The position numbers were made by a program, and so were the translations under genes. A DNA stretch of 61,320 nt, counting the filler. It is 10 parts of 10 records of this genome, joined end to end, with 100 filler letters (N's around TTAATTAATTAA, not from the genome) between each part and the next. Parts side by side here need not be neighbours in the genome. Positions count along the whole stretch, not along the records: positions 10,512 to 18,757 come from SRR31147125_316854; positions 18,858 to 25,608 come from SRR31147125_319515; 8 more parts are not named here. One strand, given 5' to 3'. The notes beneath the pieces are model-generated. The model saw nothing but the letters and a program-made list of their open reading frames with translations. It was not told the DNA's origin and did not search any database. Of this stretch, positions 10,628 to 21,275 are shown in pieces. The stretch's first letter is position 1. The number at the start of each line of letters is the position of its first letter.

Positions 10628-11931
10628 TCAGCAGCCGATCTCCTCCAGGCTCTCCTCCAAAATGGCCAGCCCCCGATCCAGCTGCTCGTCGGTAATCACC
10701 AGCGGCATCAAGGTCCGGATGATGTTACCGTAGCCACCGCAGCTGAGCAGAATCAGTCCTTTTTCAAAACAGCGCGCCGTCAGGGCCTTGGCCGTGGCCG
10801 TGGCCGGTATCTTGGATTCGCGGTTTTCGACCAACTCCAGGGCCAGCATGGGCCCTTTGCCGCGAACCTCGCCGATAATCTCATGGCGTTGCTGAAGGTC
10901 GTCGAAACGGGTTTTGAGGGTTTCACCCAAGGCGATCGACCGATCCATCAGCCCGTCTTCGAGCAGAATTTCCATGACGGCCAGCGCCGCCCGGCAGGAG
11001 ATCGGATTGCCGCCGTAGGTGCCGCCCAGACCGCCCACATGGGAGGCGTTCATCATGTCGGCCCGGCCGATGACCGCCGACAGGGGCATGCCGCCGGCGA
11101 AACTCTTGGCCATGGTGATAATGTCGGGGACCACATTCCAGTGGTCGATGGCGAAAAACTTGCCCGTACGGCCGGCGCCGCTCTGCACCTCATCGATGAT
11201 CAGGGCGATGCCGTATTTTTCGCAGATCGCCTTCAACTTGGGAAAGTACTCGGGGGAGGCGTGATGAACCCGCCTTCTCCCTGGATCGGCTCGGCGATCA
11301 CGGCCGCGGTCTGTTCGGCGGCCACATGGCTGGTGAAGAAGTCTTCCAGACAATCGGCACAGGCGACCTGGCACGTGGGGTAGGTCAGGCCCAAGGGGCA
11401 GCGATAGCAGTAGGCATAAGGCATGCGGTAAATTTCCGGCGCATAGGGGCCGTAGCCGAACTTGTAGGGTTTTACCTTGCTGGTCAGGGTCATGGTCAAC
11501 AGGGTGCGGCCGTGAAAGGCGCCTTCAAAACAAATGACCGCAGGACGCTTGGTCGCGTAACGGGCCACTTTGACGGCATTCTCCACCGCCTCGGCGCCGC
11601 TGTTGGCAAACAGGGTCATCTTGGCATCCCCGCCGGGCGCCAGGGCATTGAGCCGTTCGGCCAGTTCCACGTAGGGCTCGTACATGGCCACGTGAAAACA
11701 GGGGTGGATAAATTTACCGGCCTGGTCACGGATGGCCGCCACCACCTTGGGATGGCAGTGCCCCACATTGTTGACACCAATGCCGCCAGCGAAATCGATC
11801 AGTTCACGGCCGTCAACATCCACCATCACCGCACCGGTGGCTTCCTTGATGAATGCGGGGGTGGTATTGAAGGGCCCCTGGGGAACATTGAGATTTCGTT
11901 TTTCGAGCAATTCTTGATTCCGGCCTGGCAT
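10628..11931 (-). CDS. gabT: 4-aminobutyrate/5-aminovalerate aminotransferase (class III PLP), one frameshift at about 11252-11256
   Basis: DFAGGIGV, NSGAEAVENAVK, FHGRT, EPIQGEGGF, then in the other frame EYFPKL...IDEVQSG, MAKS, GGTYGGNP. Adding one base to the 5-nt run restores ITPPPEYF. Confidence 0.9.
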
Positions 11932-12022
11932 CTTTACAACTCCTTTGTTGAATGATGGATAAACCACGCAAACGGCGTTGTTCGCGCGGTGGACGACTCT
12001 GAGGGACTTATAGACCTGCCAA

Positions 12023-12038
12023 AGCAAATGCCATACCA
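12023..12038 (-). promoter_or_regulatory. Sigma54 -24/-12 promoter of gabT
   Basis: Minus strand reads TGGTATGGCATTTGCT (GG-N10-GC), about 90 nt upstream of the gabT ATG and next to a sigma54 activator gene. Confidence 0.75.
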
Positions 12039-12134
12039 TTAATGAGCGGCATGCCTGCCGGGACGATATATGGTGCCGGATGGCCCATGGCGAGTATCGC
12101 CGCGAATGGTCTGGCACCGGACGACGCCCGTTTA

Positions 12135-12150
12135 AATGCAGTATTGCATT
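12135..12150. promoter_or_regulatory. Putative enhancer (activator binding site)
   Basis: Palindrome AATGCA-GTAT-TGCATT about 100 bp upstream of the gabT sigma54 promoter. A matching copy lies at 14051. Confidence 0.55.
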
Positions 12151-12168
12151 AAAAAGCGGATTGTGATT

Positions 12169-13995
12169 ATGCATATTAGCATGGAGACTTTCCCCACCGA
12201 ACGAAACGAGCCCGCCTCCAGCCTGCATGCGTTGCTGCTTTCCAATCCCGGCAATGACAGTGTTGCCCGCAAATGGCGCCTATTCGCAAGGGCCCTGCTC
12301 AACGCGTCGGGCAGCGCCATTTTCGTTGTGGACCCGTCGGGCACGGTGGTCATTTCCAACTACCTGGTGCAAAAGCACCTGAGCCTGTTTCCAGGCAGCC
12401 TGATGCCCACCAGCCTGCCGGATTTCTGGCCGACGATACGACGGGTGCTCGAAAATCACCGCCAGCTGCGTGACCTGCCCGTCCAGGCTGGGGAGGCCTC
12501 TTTTCTCGCCCGGCTGGCACCCATCAAATTCCGGACTGTGATCATGGGGGTGCTGTGTGTGCTGGAAGACCGCACGGAACTGGAAAGAACCACCCGCAAA
12601 ATGATCTCCTACCAGGAGTTGAGCCAGGAGCTGGACGCCATCATCGCTTCCAGTGACGACGGCCTCTGGATTTGCGACGACCAGGGAACCATCCTGCGCA
12701 TCAATGCCGCCTCCGAACGACTGAACATGCTGCACGCCACCGATGTCGTCGGCCGTAACATCGACGAGATGATCACCGAGGGGTATATCGACCATTCGGT
12801 GACGCGCAAAGTCCTCAAGAGCGGCCGGCGGGAAAACCTGTTGCAGCAGACCCGCTCGGGACGAAAACTGATGCTGACCGGCAACCCGGTGTTCAATGCC
12901 GACGGCGAACTGATCCGTGTGGTGGTCAACGAGCGCGACATTACCGTAATCGACGCCCTGCGGGAGGAACTGGAAGCCCAGGTGGCCAAGAACGATCAGA
13001 TTCAGCGCCGCATGCAGGAATTGCAGCTCGCCGAAACGAAAAACGGGGAGATCATCGCCCGCAGTGCCAATATTGTCCAGGCCCTGCGCCAAGCCTGTAA
13101 AGTCAGCCGGGTGGATTCGACGGTTCTGGTCCTTGGAGAATCGGGGACCGGCAAAGGCCTTGTGGCCAACCTGATCCACACCCATTCCACCAGGGTCGAC
13201 AAGCCCATGGTCCACGTCAATTGCGGTGCCATACCGGAAACCCTGGTGGAAAGCGAACTGTTCGGTTATGAGAAGGGCGCCTTCACGGGCGCGGCGCAGC
13301 AGGGCAAGCCCGGTTATTTCGAACTGGCCGACAAGGGAATTCTATTCCTGGACGAAGTCGCCGAACTGCCCATCGCCTCCCAGGTCAAGCTGCTGCGTTT
13401 TCTCGAGGACGGCCAGGTCACCCGGGTGGGCGGCACCCGCCCCCGCACGCTGGATGTCCGCATCATCTGCGCCACGCATCGGGATCTGGAACAAATGGTC
13501 GCCCAGGGCCAGTTCCGGCTGGATCTGTTTTACCGGCTCAACGTCATTCCCATTACCGTACCCCCCTTACGCGAACGCGAGGCCTGCAAGCTTTCCCTGA
13601 TTCAGCACTACATCGACCATTTCAACGCCAAATTGAAGGATGGCAAACCGCCCCGGCTCAGCCGCCGCGCACTGGATGCGTTATTGTCCTACGGGTTCCC
13701 GGGCAATATCCGCGAGCTCATGAACATCTGCGAGCGCCTGGTGGTGATGGCCGAATCCCCGCGCATCGACATCGAGGATCTTCCCGCCGCCGTTACCGCC
13801 GGCCTGGCGACACCACTGCATTGCGGTCTCGACATGCTGGAAACCACTGGCGATCTGGCCCTTACCATGGCCGACGTTGAACGACGCCTCATCGCCCAGG
13901 CGCTTGAAAAACACGGCACCCAAACCAAAGCCGCCCGGGCCTTGGGGGTCAACCAATCCACCATCGCCCGCAAAATAAAAAAGCACGGTCTGTGA
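12169..13995 (+). CDS. Sigma54-dependent transcriptional activator (PAS + AAA+ + Fis HTH)
   Basis: Walker A GESGTGKG, GAFTGA, LFLDEV, RLDLFYRLNV, C-terminal HTH and N-terminal PAS repeats. Start uncertain (12136, 12169 or 12181). Confidence 0.93.
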   Translation: MHISMETFPTERNEPASSLHALLLSNPGNDSVARKWRLFARALLNASGSAIFVVDPSGTVVISNYLVQKHLSLFPGSLMPTSLPDFWPTIRRVLENHRQLRDLPVQAGEASFLARLAPIKFRTVIMGVLCVLEDRTELERTTRKMISYQELSQELDAIIASSDDGLWICDDQGTILRINAASERLNMLHATDVVGRNIDEMITEGYIDHSVTRKVLKSGRRENLLQQTRSGRKLMLTGNPVFNADGELIRVVVNERDITVIDALREELEAQVAKNDQIQRRMQELQLAETKNGEIIARSANIVQALRQACKVSRVDSTVLVLGESGTGKGLVANLIHTHSTRVDKPMVHVNCGAIPETLVESELFGYEKGAFTGAAQQGKPGYFELADKGILFLDEVAELPIASQVKLLRFLEDGQVTRVGGTRPRTLDVRIICATHRDLEQMVAQGQFRLDLFYRLNVIPITVPPLREREACKLSLIQHYIDHFNAKLKDGKPPRLSRRALDALLSYGFPGNIRELMNICERLVVMAESPRIDIEDLPAAVTAGLATPLHCGLDMLETTGDLALTMADVERRLIAQALEKHGTQTKAARALGVNQSTIARKIKKHGL

Positions 13996-14048
13996 TAATC
14001 CAACCGTGCCGCGCGAACCGTTGCATTCTGATCGAACGCATTTTCATA

Positions 14049-14066
14049 TTATGCGGTTTTGCATAA
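14049..14066. promoter_or_regulatory. Putative enhancer (activator binding site)
   Basis: Palindrome TTATGC-GGTTTT-GCATAA. The core ATGCGGTTTTGCAT matches ATGCAGTATTGCAT (12136) at 12 of 14 positions. Confidence 0.55.
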
Positions 14067-14239
14067 AGGCGCCTTCCCCGGTGCACCATTGATTGGCTTG
14101 TCCTGAATTGGGGTGGACGCGGCCACCATCGGCGATTGATGGTAACCCGGCCGCACAAGCGGTGACGGACGGTCCGGTCCGTTGGGACCGTTGCCGGAAC
14201 CCCTCGAAAAAAACGACATGTCGCCCTGCTCGTCCATCC

Positions 14240-14255
14240 TGGTACGACCGTTGCT
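14240..14255 (+). promoter_or_regulatory. Sigma54 -24/-12 promoter of the ABC transporter operon
   Basis: TGGTACGACCGTTGCT (GG-N10-GC), about 85 nt upstream of the binding-protein ATG. Confidence 0.78.
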
Positions 14256-14340
14256 TGTGGCTAAACCAAACGATTGCAAGTCGCGGAACAAACTGAATCG
14301 GGTTCAAACCACAACTACCAAAATAAAAGAGGAGATCGAA

Positions 14341-15576
14341 ATGAAGCGTATCACATGCATTGCTTTGTTCGTGTCGCTGTGCCTGATGCTGACAGGACCT
14401 GTTGTCTGCGCAGATGAGGGAGTCTATAAAATTGGGGTCATCACCTCCCTGTCGGGCGGCCTGGCCACCGGGGGCAACGTAACCAAGCAGGGGTACGAGA
14501 TGTGGGCCAAACGGGTCAACGCGGCCGGCGGCATCGAAGTGGCCGGGAAAAGATATCCGGTCAAGCTGATCTACGGCGATGCCCAGTCCGAACCCTCCCA
14601 GGCGGCATCGGCGGCCGAACGCCTGGCCACCCAGGAGAAGATTGACTTTGCCCTCGGCCCCTACTCCTCCGGTGTGACCCTGGCCGCCGCGCCGGTGCTG
14701 GAGAAATACAAGATTCCGATGATTACCGGTTCGGCGGAGTCCCCGCTGATCTGGCGTGAAAAATTCAAGTTTACCTTCGGCACCATCCCGCCGGTCAACT
14801 TCACCGGTTCCGGCCCCCTCGAGATCATCGCCGGCCTCAATCCGCCGCCCAAGCGTGCCGTGGTCATCGGCTCCAACGACGCCTTTTCCAAGGCCACGGC
14901 GGAAACCTTCCGGGATACATGCAAGGATCTGAACATCAAGGTGATGAAATACGATATCGTGCCGTCCGGTCAGGACCTGACGCCCTACATGTCGGCGGTG
15001 CGCGCCATGCGCCCGGACGTGATCGCCTTCGGCGGCCATGATGAGGAGCTGATCCGCCTGGTCAAGGCCCTGCGCCAGATCAACTACGCCCCCAAGGCCC
15101 TGCTGATGCATTACGGCGTCACCGAACCGGCCTTCGTGGAAGCCCTGGGCCAGGATGCGGAACAGGTCTACGGCGCATCGGTGTGGACGTCGAGTCTGAA
15201 AACCACGGGCGGGCTGATCTGGAATGATGCCGCCAGCTACGCGGCCGACATCCAGAAAACCTTCGGAATCGAACCGGACTACACCATGGCCGGCTGTTCC
15301 GCCGCGGGCCTGGCCTTCCAGGCGGCGGTCATGAAACTGGGCGCCGCGCCGCCCCTGGATGACAAAGCCAAGCTGGCCCTGGTGGACATCCTGGAAAGCC
15401 TGGATATAGAGACCTTTTACGGTCCCATCAAATTTTCCCCTGAAGGCGAGTTCTACCATGCCAACACCGGCCTGACGCCCCTGGCACTTCAAATCCAGAA
15501 CGGCAAAACCATGATCATCGGGCCGGCCGCCTATAAAGAAGCCGACGCGCAGTATCCCATGAAACCCTGGAAGTAG
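14341..15576 (+). CDS. LivJ/K-family ABC transporter substrate-binding protein
   Basis: Signal peptide MKRITCIALF..., KIGVITSLSG, VNAAGGI, LGPYSSG. RBS GAGGAG. Confidence 0.92.
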   Translation: MKRITCIALFVSLCLMLTGPVVCADEGVYKIGVITSLSGGLATGGNVTKQGYEMWAKRVNAAGGIEVAGKRYPVKLIYGDAQSEPSQAASAAERLATQEKIDFALGPYSSGVTLAAAPVLEKYKIPMITGSAESPLIWREKFKFTFGTIPPVNFTGSGPLEIIAGLNPPPKRAVVIGSNDAFSKATAETFRDTCKDLNIKVMKYDIVPSGQDLTPYMSAVRAMRPDVIAFGGHDEELIRLVKALRQINYAPKALLMHYGVTEPAFVEALGQDAEQVYGASVWTSSLKTTGGLIWNDAASYAADIQKTFGIEPDYTMAGCSAAGLAFQAAVMKLGAAPPLDDKAKLALVDILESLDIETFYGPIKFSPEGEFYHANTGLTPLALQIQNGKTMIIGPAAYKEADAQYPMKPWK

Positions 15577-15609
15577 CCGGCTGTTTCGATCAGGTTGTCT
15601 CAATCCTGA

Positions 15610-15649
15610 TACCGGCCGGTGAACGCGCGGCACCGTTTGCCGGCCGGTA
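15610..15649 (+). terminator. Intercistronic hairpin after the binding-protein gene
   Basis: TACCGGCCGGTGAACG pairs with CGTTTGCCGGCCGGTA. No long U-tract, so an mRNA-stabilising hairpin is as likely as a terminator. Confidence 0.5.
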
Positions 15650-15698
15650 AGACGCTATAACCCAATATTTAAATTTGCTTTGCAGGAAGGATCGTCCC

Positions 15699-16586
15699 AT
15701 GCTGCAACTCCTGCCACAGGTCATTATTGACGGGATCCTCATCGGTGGTGTCTATATCACCATTGCCATTGGTTTTTCCCTGGTCTTCGGCGTGATGCAC
15801 ATTATCGATTTCGCCGTCGGCGAATGGATCATGCTCGGCGCATTCATGGGGTACTACCTGAACCGCTGGATCGGGCTGGATCCGTTCCTGCTCCTGCCCT
15901 TCGTCTTCTTCGTCTTTTTCGCCGTCGGCTATGTGCTGCAACCGGCGATCGGGCGGGTGATCAGCGGAAAACGTGGCAACCCGCTGCTCATGGGGCTGGT
16001 TTTCACCTTCGGAATCATGCTGATGATTCGCGGCCTGGGACTGACCGTTTTCGGTTTTTACAGCCGCAGCATCCCGACCAAACTGGCCGCATCATCATGG
16101 CTGTTCGAACGCGGTGACTTCTTTCTGACCGTTCCCTTCATACGCCTGGCTGGCCTGCTGTTCGCCGCCGCCATCACCATTGCACTGACCATCATGCTGA
16201 AAAGAACCGATTTCGGCACCGGTGTGCGCGCCCTGGCCCAACACCCTGAATCGGCCGGGTTGATGGGGGTCAACAGTCGCAAGACCAACTGCGTGATTTA
16301 CGGCATCTACGTGGGCATCAGCGCCATGACCGGTGTGCTGATCGCAACGATTTTCTCCATGACCCCCATGGAGGGCGGACGTTACACGGTGCTGGCCTTT
16401 TTCGTGGTCGTGCTGGCGGGCATGGGGTATCTGCCGGGCGTTCCCTGGGCGGCGCTGCTATTGGGCCTGCTGCAGTCCATTTTCATCGTCTACCTGAGCG
16501 CCAGCTATACCCTCCTGGCCGTGTTCGTGTTCCTCTACATAATCTTGCTGATCTCCCCCAAGGGACTTTTCGGGAAAGGATGGTAA
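15699..16586 (+). CDS. livH: LivH-family ABC permease
   Basis: IDGILIGGVY...IGFSLVFGVMHIIDFAVGE, FGTGVRALAQ...AGLMGVN, AFFVVVLAGMG. Confidence 0.88.
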   Translation: MLQLLPQVIIDGILIGGVYITIAIGFSLVFGVMHIIDFAVGEWIMLGAFMGYYLNRWIGLDPFLLLPFVFFVFFAVGYVLQPAIGRVISGKRGNPLLMGLVFTFGIMLMIRGLGLTVFGFYSRSIPTKLAASSWLFERGDFFLTVPFIRLAGLLFAAAITIALTIMLKRTDFGTGVRALAQHPESAGLMGVNSRKTNCVIYGIYVGISAMTGVLIATIFSMTPMEGGRYTVLAFFVVVLAGMGYLPGVPWAALLLGLLQSIFIVYLSASYTLLAVFVFLYIILLISPKGLFGKGW

Positions 16587-16589
16587 GTG

Positions 16590-17603
16590 ATGCGCCCCAA
16601 AGCCTATCTTTTACTCATACCACTGTTTGTTGTGCTTGTGGCGCTGCCGCTGGTTTTCGACAGCCCATTTATGCTGCGCATCGTCACGGAAACCATCATG
16701 TGGATCGGATTGGCCATCACCTGGGATCTTTTGGCCGGTTACACAGGATATCTCAACTTCGGCCACGCCATGTTTTTCGGCATCGGCGCCTATACGACCG
16801 CCATCCTGATGAAACACGCCGGCTGGGCGTTCGTTCTCACCGTGCCGCTGGGCGGCGTTTTGGCCGGGGTGGCGGCGCTTATCATCGGCGTGCCCACCCT
16901 GCGTTTGAAAGGCGCCTATTTTGCCATCGGCACATGGGCCCTGGCCCTGGCCATCCAGCAGCTGGCACTTATTCTCGACATCACCGGCGGTCCCGACGGC
17001 ATGCGCCTGCCGCCCTATTTAAACCCCGCCTACTTCTATTTCTGGATGCTGGGCGTGGTGGCGGCAACCTTCGCTATCTACTGGGTGCTGCTGGAAAAAG
17101 CCCCCTTCGGCCTCAAGGTCAGGGCCATCCGGGAGGATCAGGAAGGCGCCATGGCCCTGGGGATCAATCCCACACATGTCAAGGTGCAGGCATTTATTCT
17201 ATCGGCCATACCGGTCGGGTTGATGGGCAGCATTTACGCCTATTGGATCACCTTCATCGATCCGCTTTCGGCCCTGGGTGACATCCTCACCGATCAGGCC
17301 GTGGTCATGGCCGTTGTGGGCGGACTGGGCACACTCATCGGCCCGGCCATCGGCGCGGTGATCGTCTTTGCCTTCAAGACCATGTTCTGGGCCTATCTGT
17401 CCGACTACCAGGTCCTGTACCTGATCATCCTGGGAGCGGCCATCGCATTGACGGTGGTCTTTTTGCCCAACGGGCTGTGGGGTACCTTCCTCGGGTATCG
17501 GGACGCCTCGCGAACCTTTAAGAATCGCCTTGCCACCCGTCCCCGGATCGACGGACAGACAGACACCGACCAGGCGCAAAAAGGAGAGCTGGACCATGTC
17601 TGA
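16590..17603 (+). CDS. livM: LivM-family ABC permease
   Basis: WDLLAGYTGYLNFGHAMFFGIGAY, LRLKGAYFAI, AIRED...GIN, VVGGLGT. Confidence 0.88.
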   Translation: MRPKAYLLLIPLFVVLVALPLVFDSPFMLRIVTETIMWIGLAITWDLLAGYTGYLNFGHAMFFGIGAYTTAILMKHAGWAFVLTVPLGGVLAGVAALIIGVPTLRLKGAYFAIGTWALALAIQQLALILDITGGPDGMRLPPYLNPAYFYFWMLGVVAATFAIYWVLLEKAPFGLKVRAIREDQEGAMALGINPTHVKVQAFILSAIPVGLMGSIYAYWITFIDPLSALGDILTDQAVVMAVVGGLGTLIGPAIGAVIVFAFKTMFWAYLSDYQVLYLIILGAAIALTVVFLPNGLWGTFLGYRDASRTFKNRLATRPRIDGQTDTDQAQKGELDHV

Positions 17604-18321
17604 AGCGATACTGAAAATTCAGGATGTTGTAAAAACCTTCGGCGGCCTGCATGCGGTCAACGGGATTTCTTTCGATCTGGCCGAAGGTGAGGTAATGGGC
17701 TTGATCGGACCCAACGGGGCCGGCAAAACCACCCTTTTCAATGTAATCAGCGGCTACTATGCCCCGACCAAGGGACAGATTCAGTTCAAGGGCCGGGATA
17801 TCGGCGGCCTGCCTCCCTACCGCCTGGCCACCATCGGCATCGGGCGCACGTTCCAAGTGGTCAAACCCTTTCCCGGACTCACGGTGCTGGAAAACGTGAT
17901 CATCGCCGGGCTGTGCCGTTACCCCAAGCGCAAGGCGGCCGAGAAACATGCCTGGAAAATTCTGGAGCTTACCGGCCTTGCCGATCAGGCCTCCAAATCC
18001 GCCGCCAACCTGACCCTTGCGGGACGCAAGCGGCTGGAGATCAGCAAGGCCCTGGCGTTGGAGCCGTCCCTGATGCTGCTGGATGAGGTGGTGGCCGGGC
18101 TCAACCCCACCGAAGCGGATAAAACCATCGAGCTGATTCTTAAAATCAAGGAGTTCGGCATCAGTATCCTGATCGTCGAGCACATCATGCGGGTGATCAT
18201 GAACATCAGCGATCGGGTGGTGGTGTTGAATTTCGGCCAGCAGCTCGCCCTTGGCAAACCCGCCGACGTTGCCACGAACCCCACGGTAATTAAAGCCTAC
18301 TTAGGAGAGGAAGCCGCATGA
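17596..18321 (+). CDS. livG: LivG-family ABC ATP-binding protein
   Basis: GPNGAGKTT, RTFQ, LLDEVVAGL, VEH, VIKAYLG. RBS AAGGAG. Confidence 0.9.
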   Translation: MSEAILKIQDVVKTFGGLHAVNGISFDLAEGEVMGLIGPNGAGKTTLFNVISGYYAPTKGQIQFKGRDIGGLPPYRLATIGIGRTFQVVKPFPGLTVLENVIIAGLCRYPKRKAAEKHAWKILELTGLADQASKSAANLTLAGRKRLEISKALALEPSLMLLDEVVAGLNPTEADKTIELILKIKEFGISILIVEHIMRVIMNISDRVVVLNFGQQLALGKPADVATNPTVIKAYLGEEAA

Positions 18322-18757
18322 AGGTCTTGGAAGTCGACAATATTTCAGCGTATTACGGTGATATCCAGGCATTGTGGGATGTGGGATTCAGCGTCGAGGA
18401 AGGCCAGTTGGTGACTATTTTGGGAACCAACGGGGCCGGCAAGACAACCACCATGAAAACCATCGCCGGCCTTATCCAGCCCAAAACAGGGAAAATCCGA
18501 TTCAATGGCTCCTTGGTCAGTGGAATGCCCGCCCACGAGGTGGCCGATGCGGGGATTTCCCTGGTCCCCGAGGGACGCCAGCTATTCCCTCAACTCAACG
18601 TGGAGGACAACCTGCGCATGGGGTCCTATCTCAAGCGGACCAAGGAAAATCGTGAAAAGAACCTGAAATATGTGTATGAGCTGTTTCCGGTGCTTGCCGA
18701 CCGCAAAAATCAGGAAGCCCAGACCCTGTCCGGCGGGGAGCAGCAGATGCTGGCCAT
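18318..18757 (+). CDS. livF: LivF-family ABC ATP-binding protein, 3'-truncated
   Basis: GTNGAGKTT, VPEGRQLF, LSGGEQQMLA. Confidence 0.9.
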
Positions 18758-18857
18758 NNNNNNNNNNNNNNNNNNNNNNNNNNNNNNNNNNNNNNNNNNN
18801 NTTAATTAATTAANNNNNNNNNNNNNNNNNNNNNNNNNNNNNNNNNNNNNNNNNNNN
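18758..18857. other. Artificial contig spacer
   Basis: N44-TTAATTAATTAA-N44. Confidence 0.98.
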
Positions 18858-18953
18858 GCTGATATCGCCGCCGCGGTCGCCTACCTGGTCAGTGACGAAG
18901 CAGGGTATGTGACCGGCCAGACGCTCCATGTGAACGGCGGCATGTACATGTAG
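18858..18953 (+). CDS. fabG: 3-oxoacyl-ACP reductase, C-terminal end
   Basis: Reads [31 protein letters not shown], immediately upstream of acpP-fabF. Not in the ORF track. Confidence 0.88.
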   Translation, partial: ADIAAAVAYLVSDEAGYVTGQTLHVNGGMYM

Positions 18954-19109
18954 CCGGGACCGTTTTATATCGTTTTAATTAGTGGCTGCAAATCGATGCG
19001 GATGGTAAAAGATACATCGAACGGCAGCCGCCAGTAGTATCAACCTCATGGGTAAATGTGCATGCTGAAAGCAGCACCTTTTGTGAACTCTTAACAAGGA
19101 GACAGAACA

Positions 19110-19340
19110 ATGGCTATTAGTCAGGAAATGATCGATATTATTGTAGAACAACTTAGCGTAGAGAAAGATAAGGTAGTCCCGGAAGCATCGTTTGTTGATG
19201 ATCTTGGTGCTGATTCTCTCGATCTCGTCGAACTCATTATGGCGATGGAAGAGAAATTCGATATCGAAATCCCCGATGAGGACGCAGAGAAAATCGTGAC
19301 CGTTCAGAATGCCGTCGATTACGTAGGCAAGCTCAAGTAA
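19110..19340 (+). CDS. acpP: Acyl carrier protein
   Basis: [13 protein letters not shown] phosphopantetheine motif. RBS AAGGAG. Confidence 0.98.
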   Translation: MAISQEMIDIIVEQLSVEKDKVVPEASFVDDLGADSLDLVELIMAMEEKFDIEIPDEDAEKIVTVQNAVDYVGKLK

Positions 19341-19386
19341 CACGCAGCCGGGTTAGCTGCGTCAAATCAAGAGAAAGGAGAAATCC

Positions 19387-20631
19387 ATGGGCAACCGTAG
19401 GGTAGTGATTACCGGAACCGGACTGGTGACTCCTCTTGGCACAGGGGTTGCCAAAAGCTGGGGGCATATCTGTAACGGGGTAAGCGGCGTGGACCGTGTC
19501 ACCCGCTATGACCCCACCGGCGACCCCGTACAGATTGCGGCGGAAGTGACAGATTTCATCGATGCGGACTATTTTGACAAAAAATCCGCCAAAATACTGA
19601 AACTATTCGTCAAGTACGCGCTGGCCGCGTCGCGGATGGCCCTGGATGAAAGCGGTTTCGAGATCACCGAAGAGAATTGCGGCAGGGTGGGTGTCATTAC
19701 CGGCTGCGGGATGGGTGGTCTGCCGACTATCTGTTTGATGCACGAAACCTATTTGACCAAGGGGGTCAAGCGCATCTCCCCGTTTTTCATTCCAACTGCG
19801 ATTCCCAACGTTCCGTCCGGCCAGATCTCCATCGACCTCGGAACGAAGGGCCCGAACCTCACCCTGACGACGGCATGTGCCGCAGGTACCCACGCGGTCG
19901 GGGAGGCCTATCGCCATATCAAATACGGCATGGTAGACGTGATGGTAGCCGGAGGCACCGAAGGGGTTATCTGCCCGCTCGGTATCAACGGATTCGCGTC
20001 GATGAAGGCCCTGTCCAATCGCAACGAGAGTCCGACCGAGGCGTCCCGCCCGTTTGACAAGGATCGCGACGGGTTTGTCGTCGGGGAGGGAGCCGGCATC
20101 CTCATTCTCGAAGATTACGACCATGCCCGTGAACGCGGAGCGGAAATCATCGCGGAAGTTGTCGGCTACGGCATGAGCAGCGATTCGTACCATATAGCCG
20201 CACCGCCGGAAGATGGTGAAGGTGCTGCGCGGGGCATGAAGGTCGCCCTCGAGGATGCGCAGATCAACGTTGACCAGATCGACTATATCAACGCGCACGG
20301 AACCTCGACACCGCTCAACGATCGCTGCGAGACCCTTGCGATCAAAACCGTATTCGGTGATCATGCGTCCAACCTTGCGATCAGCTCAACCAAATCCATG
20401 GTCGGGCATGCGCTGGGAGCAGCCGGCGGGATAGAGGCAGTATTTCTGGCGCTGAGCATCAGGGACCAGATTGCCCCGCCGACCATCAATCTGCACGAAC
20501 CGAGTCCGGAGTGCGATCTCGATTATGTCCCCAATACGGCACGAGACATGAAGATCAATTATGGTCTTTCCAATTCATTCGGGTTCGGCGGTACAAACGG
20601 CGTGGTCATTTTTAAACGTTTCGACGGCTGA
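19387..20631 (+). CDS. fabF: Beta-ketoacyl-ACP synthase II
   Basis: TACAAG (Cys), NAHGTST, GHALGAAG, SNSFGFGG. Confidence 0.97.
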   Translation: MGNRRVVITGTGLVTPLGTGVAKSWGHICNGVSGVDRVTRYDPTGDPVQIAAEVTDFIDADYFDKKSAKILKLFVKYALAASRMALDESGFEITEENCGRVGVITGCGMGGLPTICLMHETYLTKGVKRISPFFIPTAIPNVPSGQISIDLGTKGPNLTLTTACAAGTHAVGEAYRHIKYGMVDVMVAGGTEGVICPLGINGFASMKALSNRNESPTEASRPFDKDRDGFVVGEGAGILILEDYDHARERGAEIIAEVVGYGMSSDSYHIAAPPEDGEGAARGMKVALEDAQINVDQIDYINAHGTSTPLNDRCETLAIKTVFGDHASNLAISSTKSMVGHALGAAGGIEAVFLALSIRDQIAPPTINLHEPSPECDLDYVPNTARDMKINYGLSNSFGFGGTNGVVIFKRFDG

Positions 20632-20658
20632 CGCCGGTACCAGGGGGAGGGACAATCG

Positions 20659-21086
20659 ATGAAGATAGCAATCGGCTCTGATCATGGCGGATTCGGCCTG
20701 AAGAAAACAATACTGTCTGCTCTACGGGACGGCGGCCACGAGGTGGTCGATTGCGGCTGCAATTCCGTTGAATCCGTCGATTACCCGGATTTCGCCGAGC
20801 AGGTCTGCGAGCAGGTTGTCTCTGGAGAAGCAGCGTGCGGAATTCTTGTCTGCGGCACCGGCATCGGGATGTCGATGGCGGCAAACCGGCATAAGGGAAT
20901 CCGCGCTGCTCTCTGTCATGATGAATATACCGCGCGCTTGAGCCGGGAACACAACGACGCGAACATTCTCTGTCTCGGGGACCGGGTGCTGGGAAGCGGC
21001 GTAGCGAAAGCAATTGTCGACGTGTGGTTGAGCACCGGGTTTGAAGGGGGCGGCACATGAGAAGGATTGGAAAGTTCAGCGCATAA
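20659..21086 (+). CDS. rpiB: Ribose-5-phosphate isomerase B, frameshift at the G-run 21046-21050
   Basis: IGSDHGG, VDYPD, CGTGIGM, REHNDAN. One extra G restores the canonical FEGGRHxRR end (FEGGRHMRRIGKFSA*). Confidence 0.93.
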
Positions 21087-21106
21087 CCTAGCTGAACAAC
21101 GGATTG

Positions 21107-21144
21107 AGGCCGGTATTGCTGTCGAGGCGATGCCGGCCTTTTTT
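21107..21144 (+). terminator. Rho-independent terminator after rpiB
   Basis: AGGCCGGTATTGC pairs with GCGATGCCGGCCT, followed by a T-run. Confidence 0.75.
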
Positions 21145-21275
21145 ATGGAATCCTTATGACTATTGCCCTCGATGCGGTCGGAGAGTATGATTAACCTGAT
21201 AAATTCAGGAATCAGGACGCTGTCTGTGGATCGTTGATCCCGACGAGAGGTGGTTCTTTTTTCGAGGAGGAAGCG

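Noticed and set aside
14044..15633. Long antisense ORFs (529 aa here; also 24315-25607, 45608-47107, 51321-53174 and others)
   Set aside because: They are shadows of well-supported genes on the opposite strand in GC-rich DNA, with no motifs or RBS.
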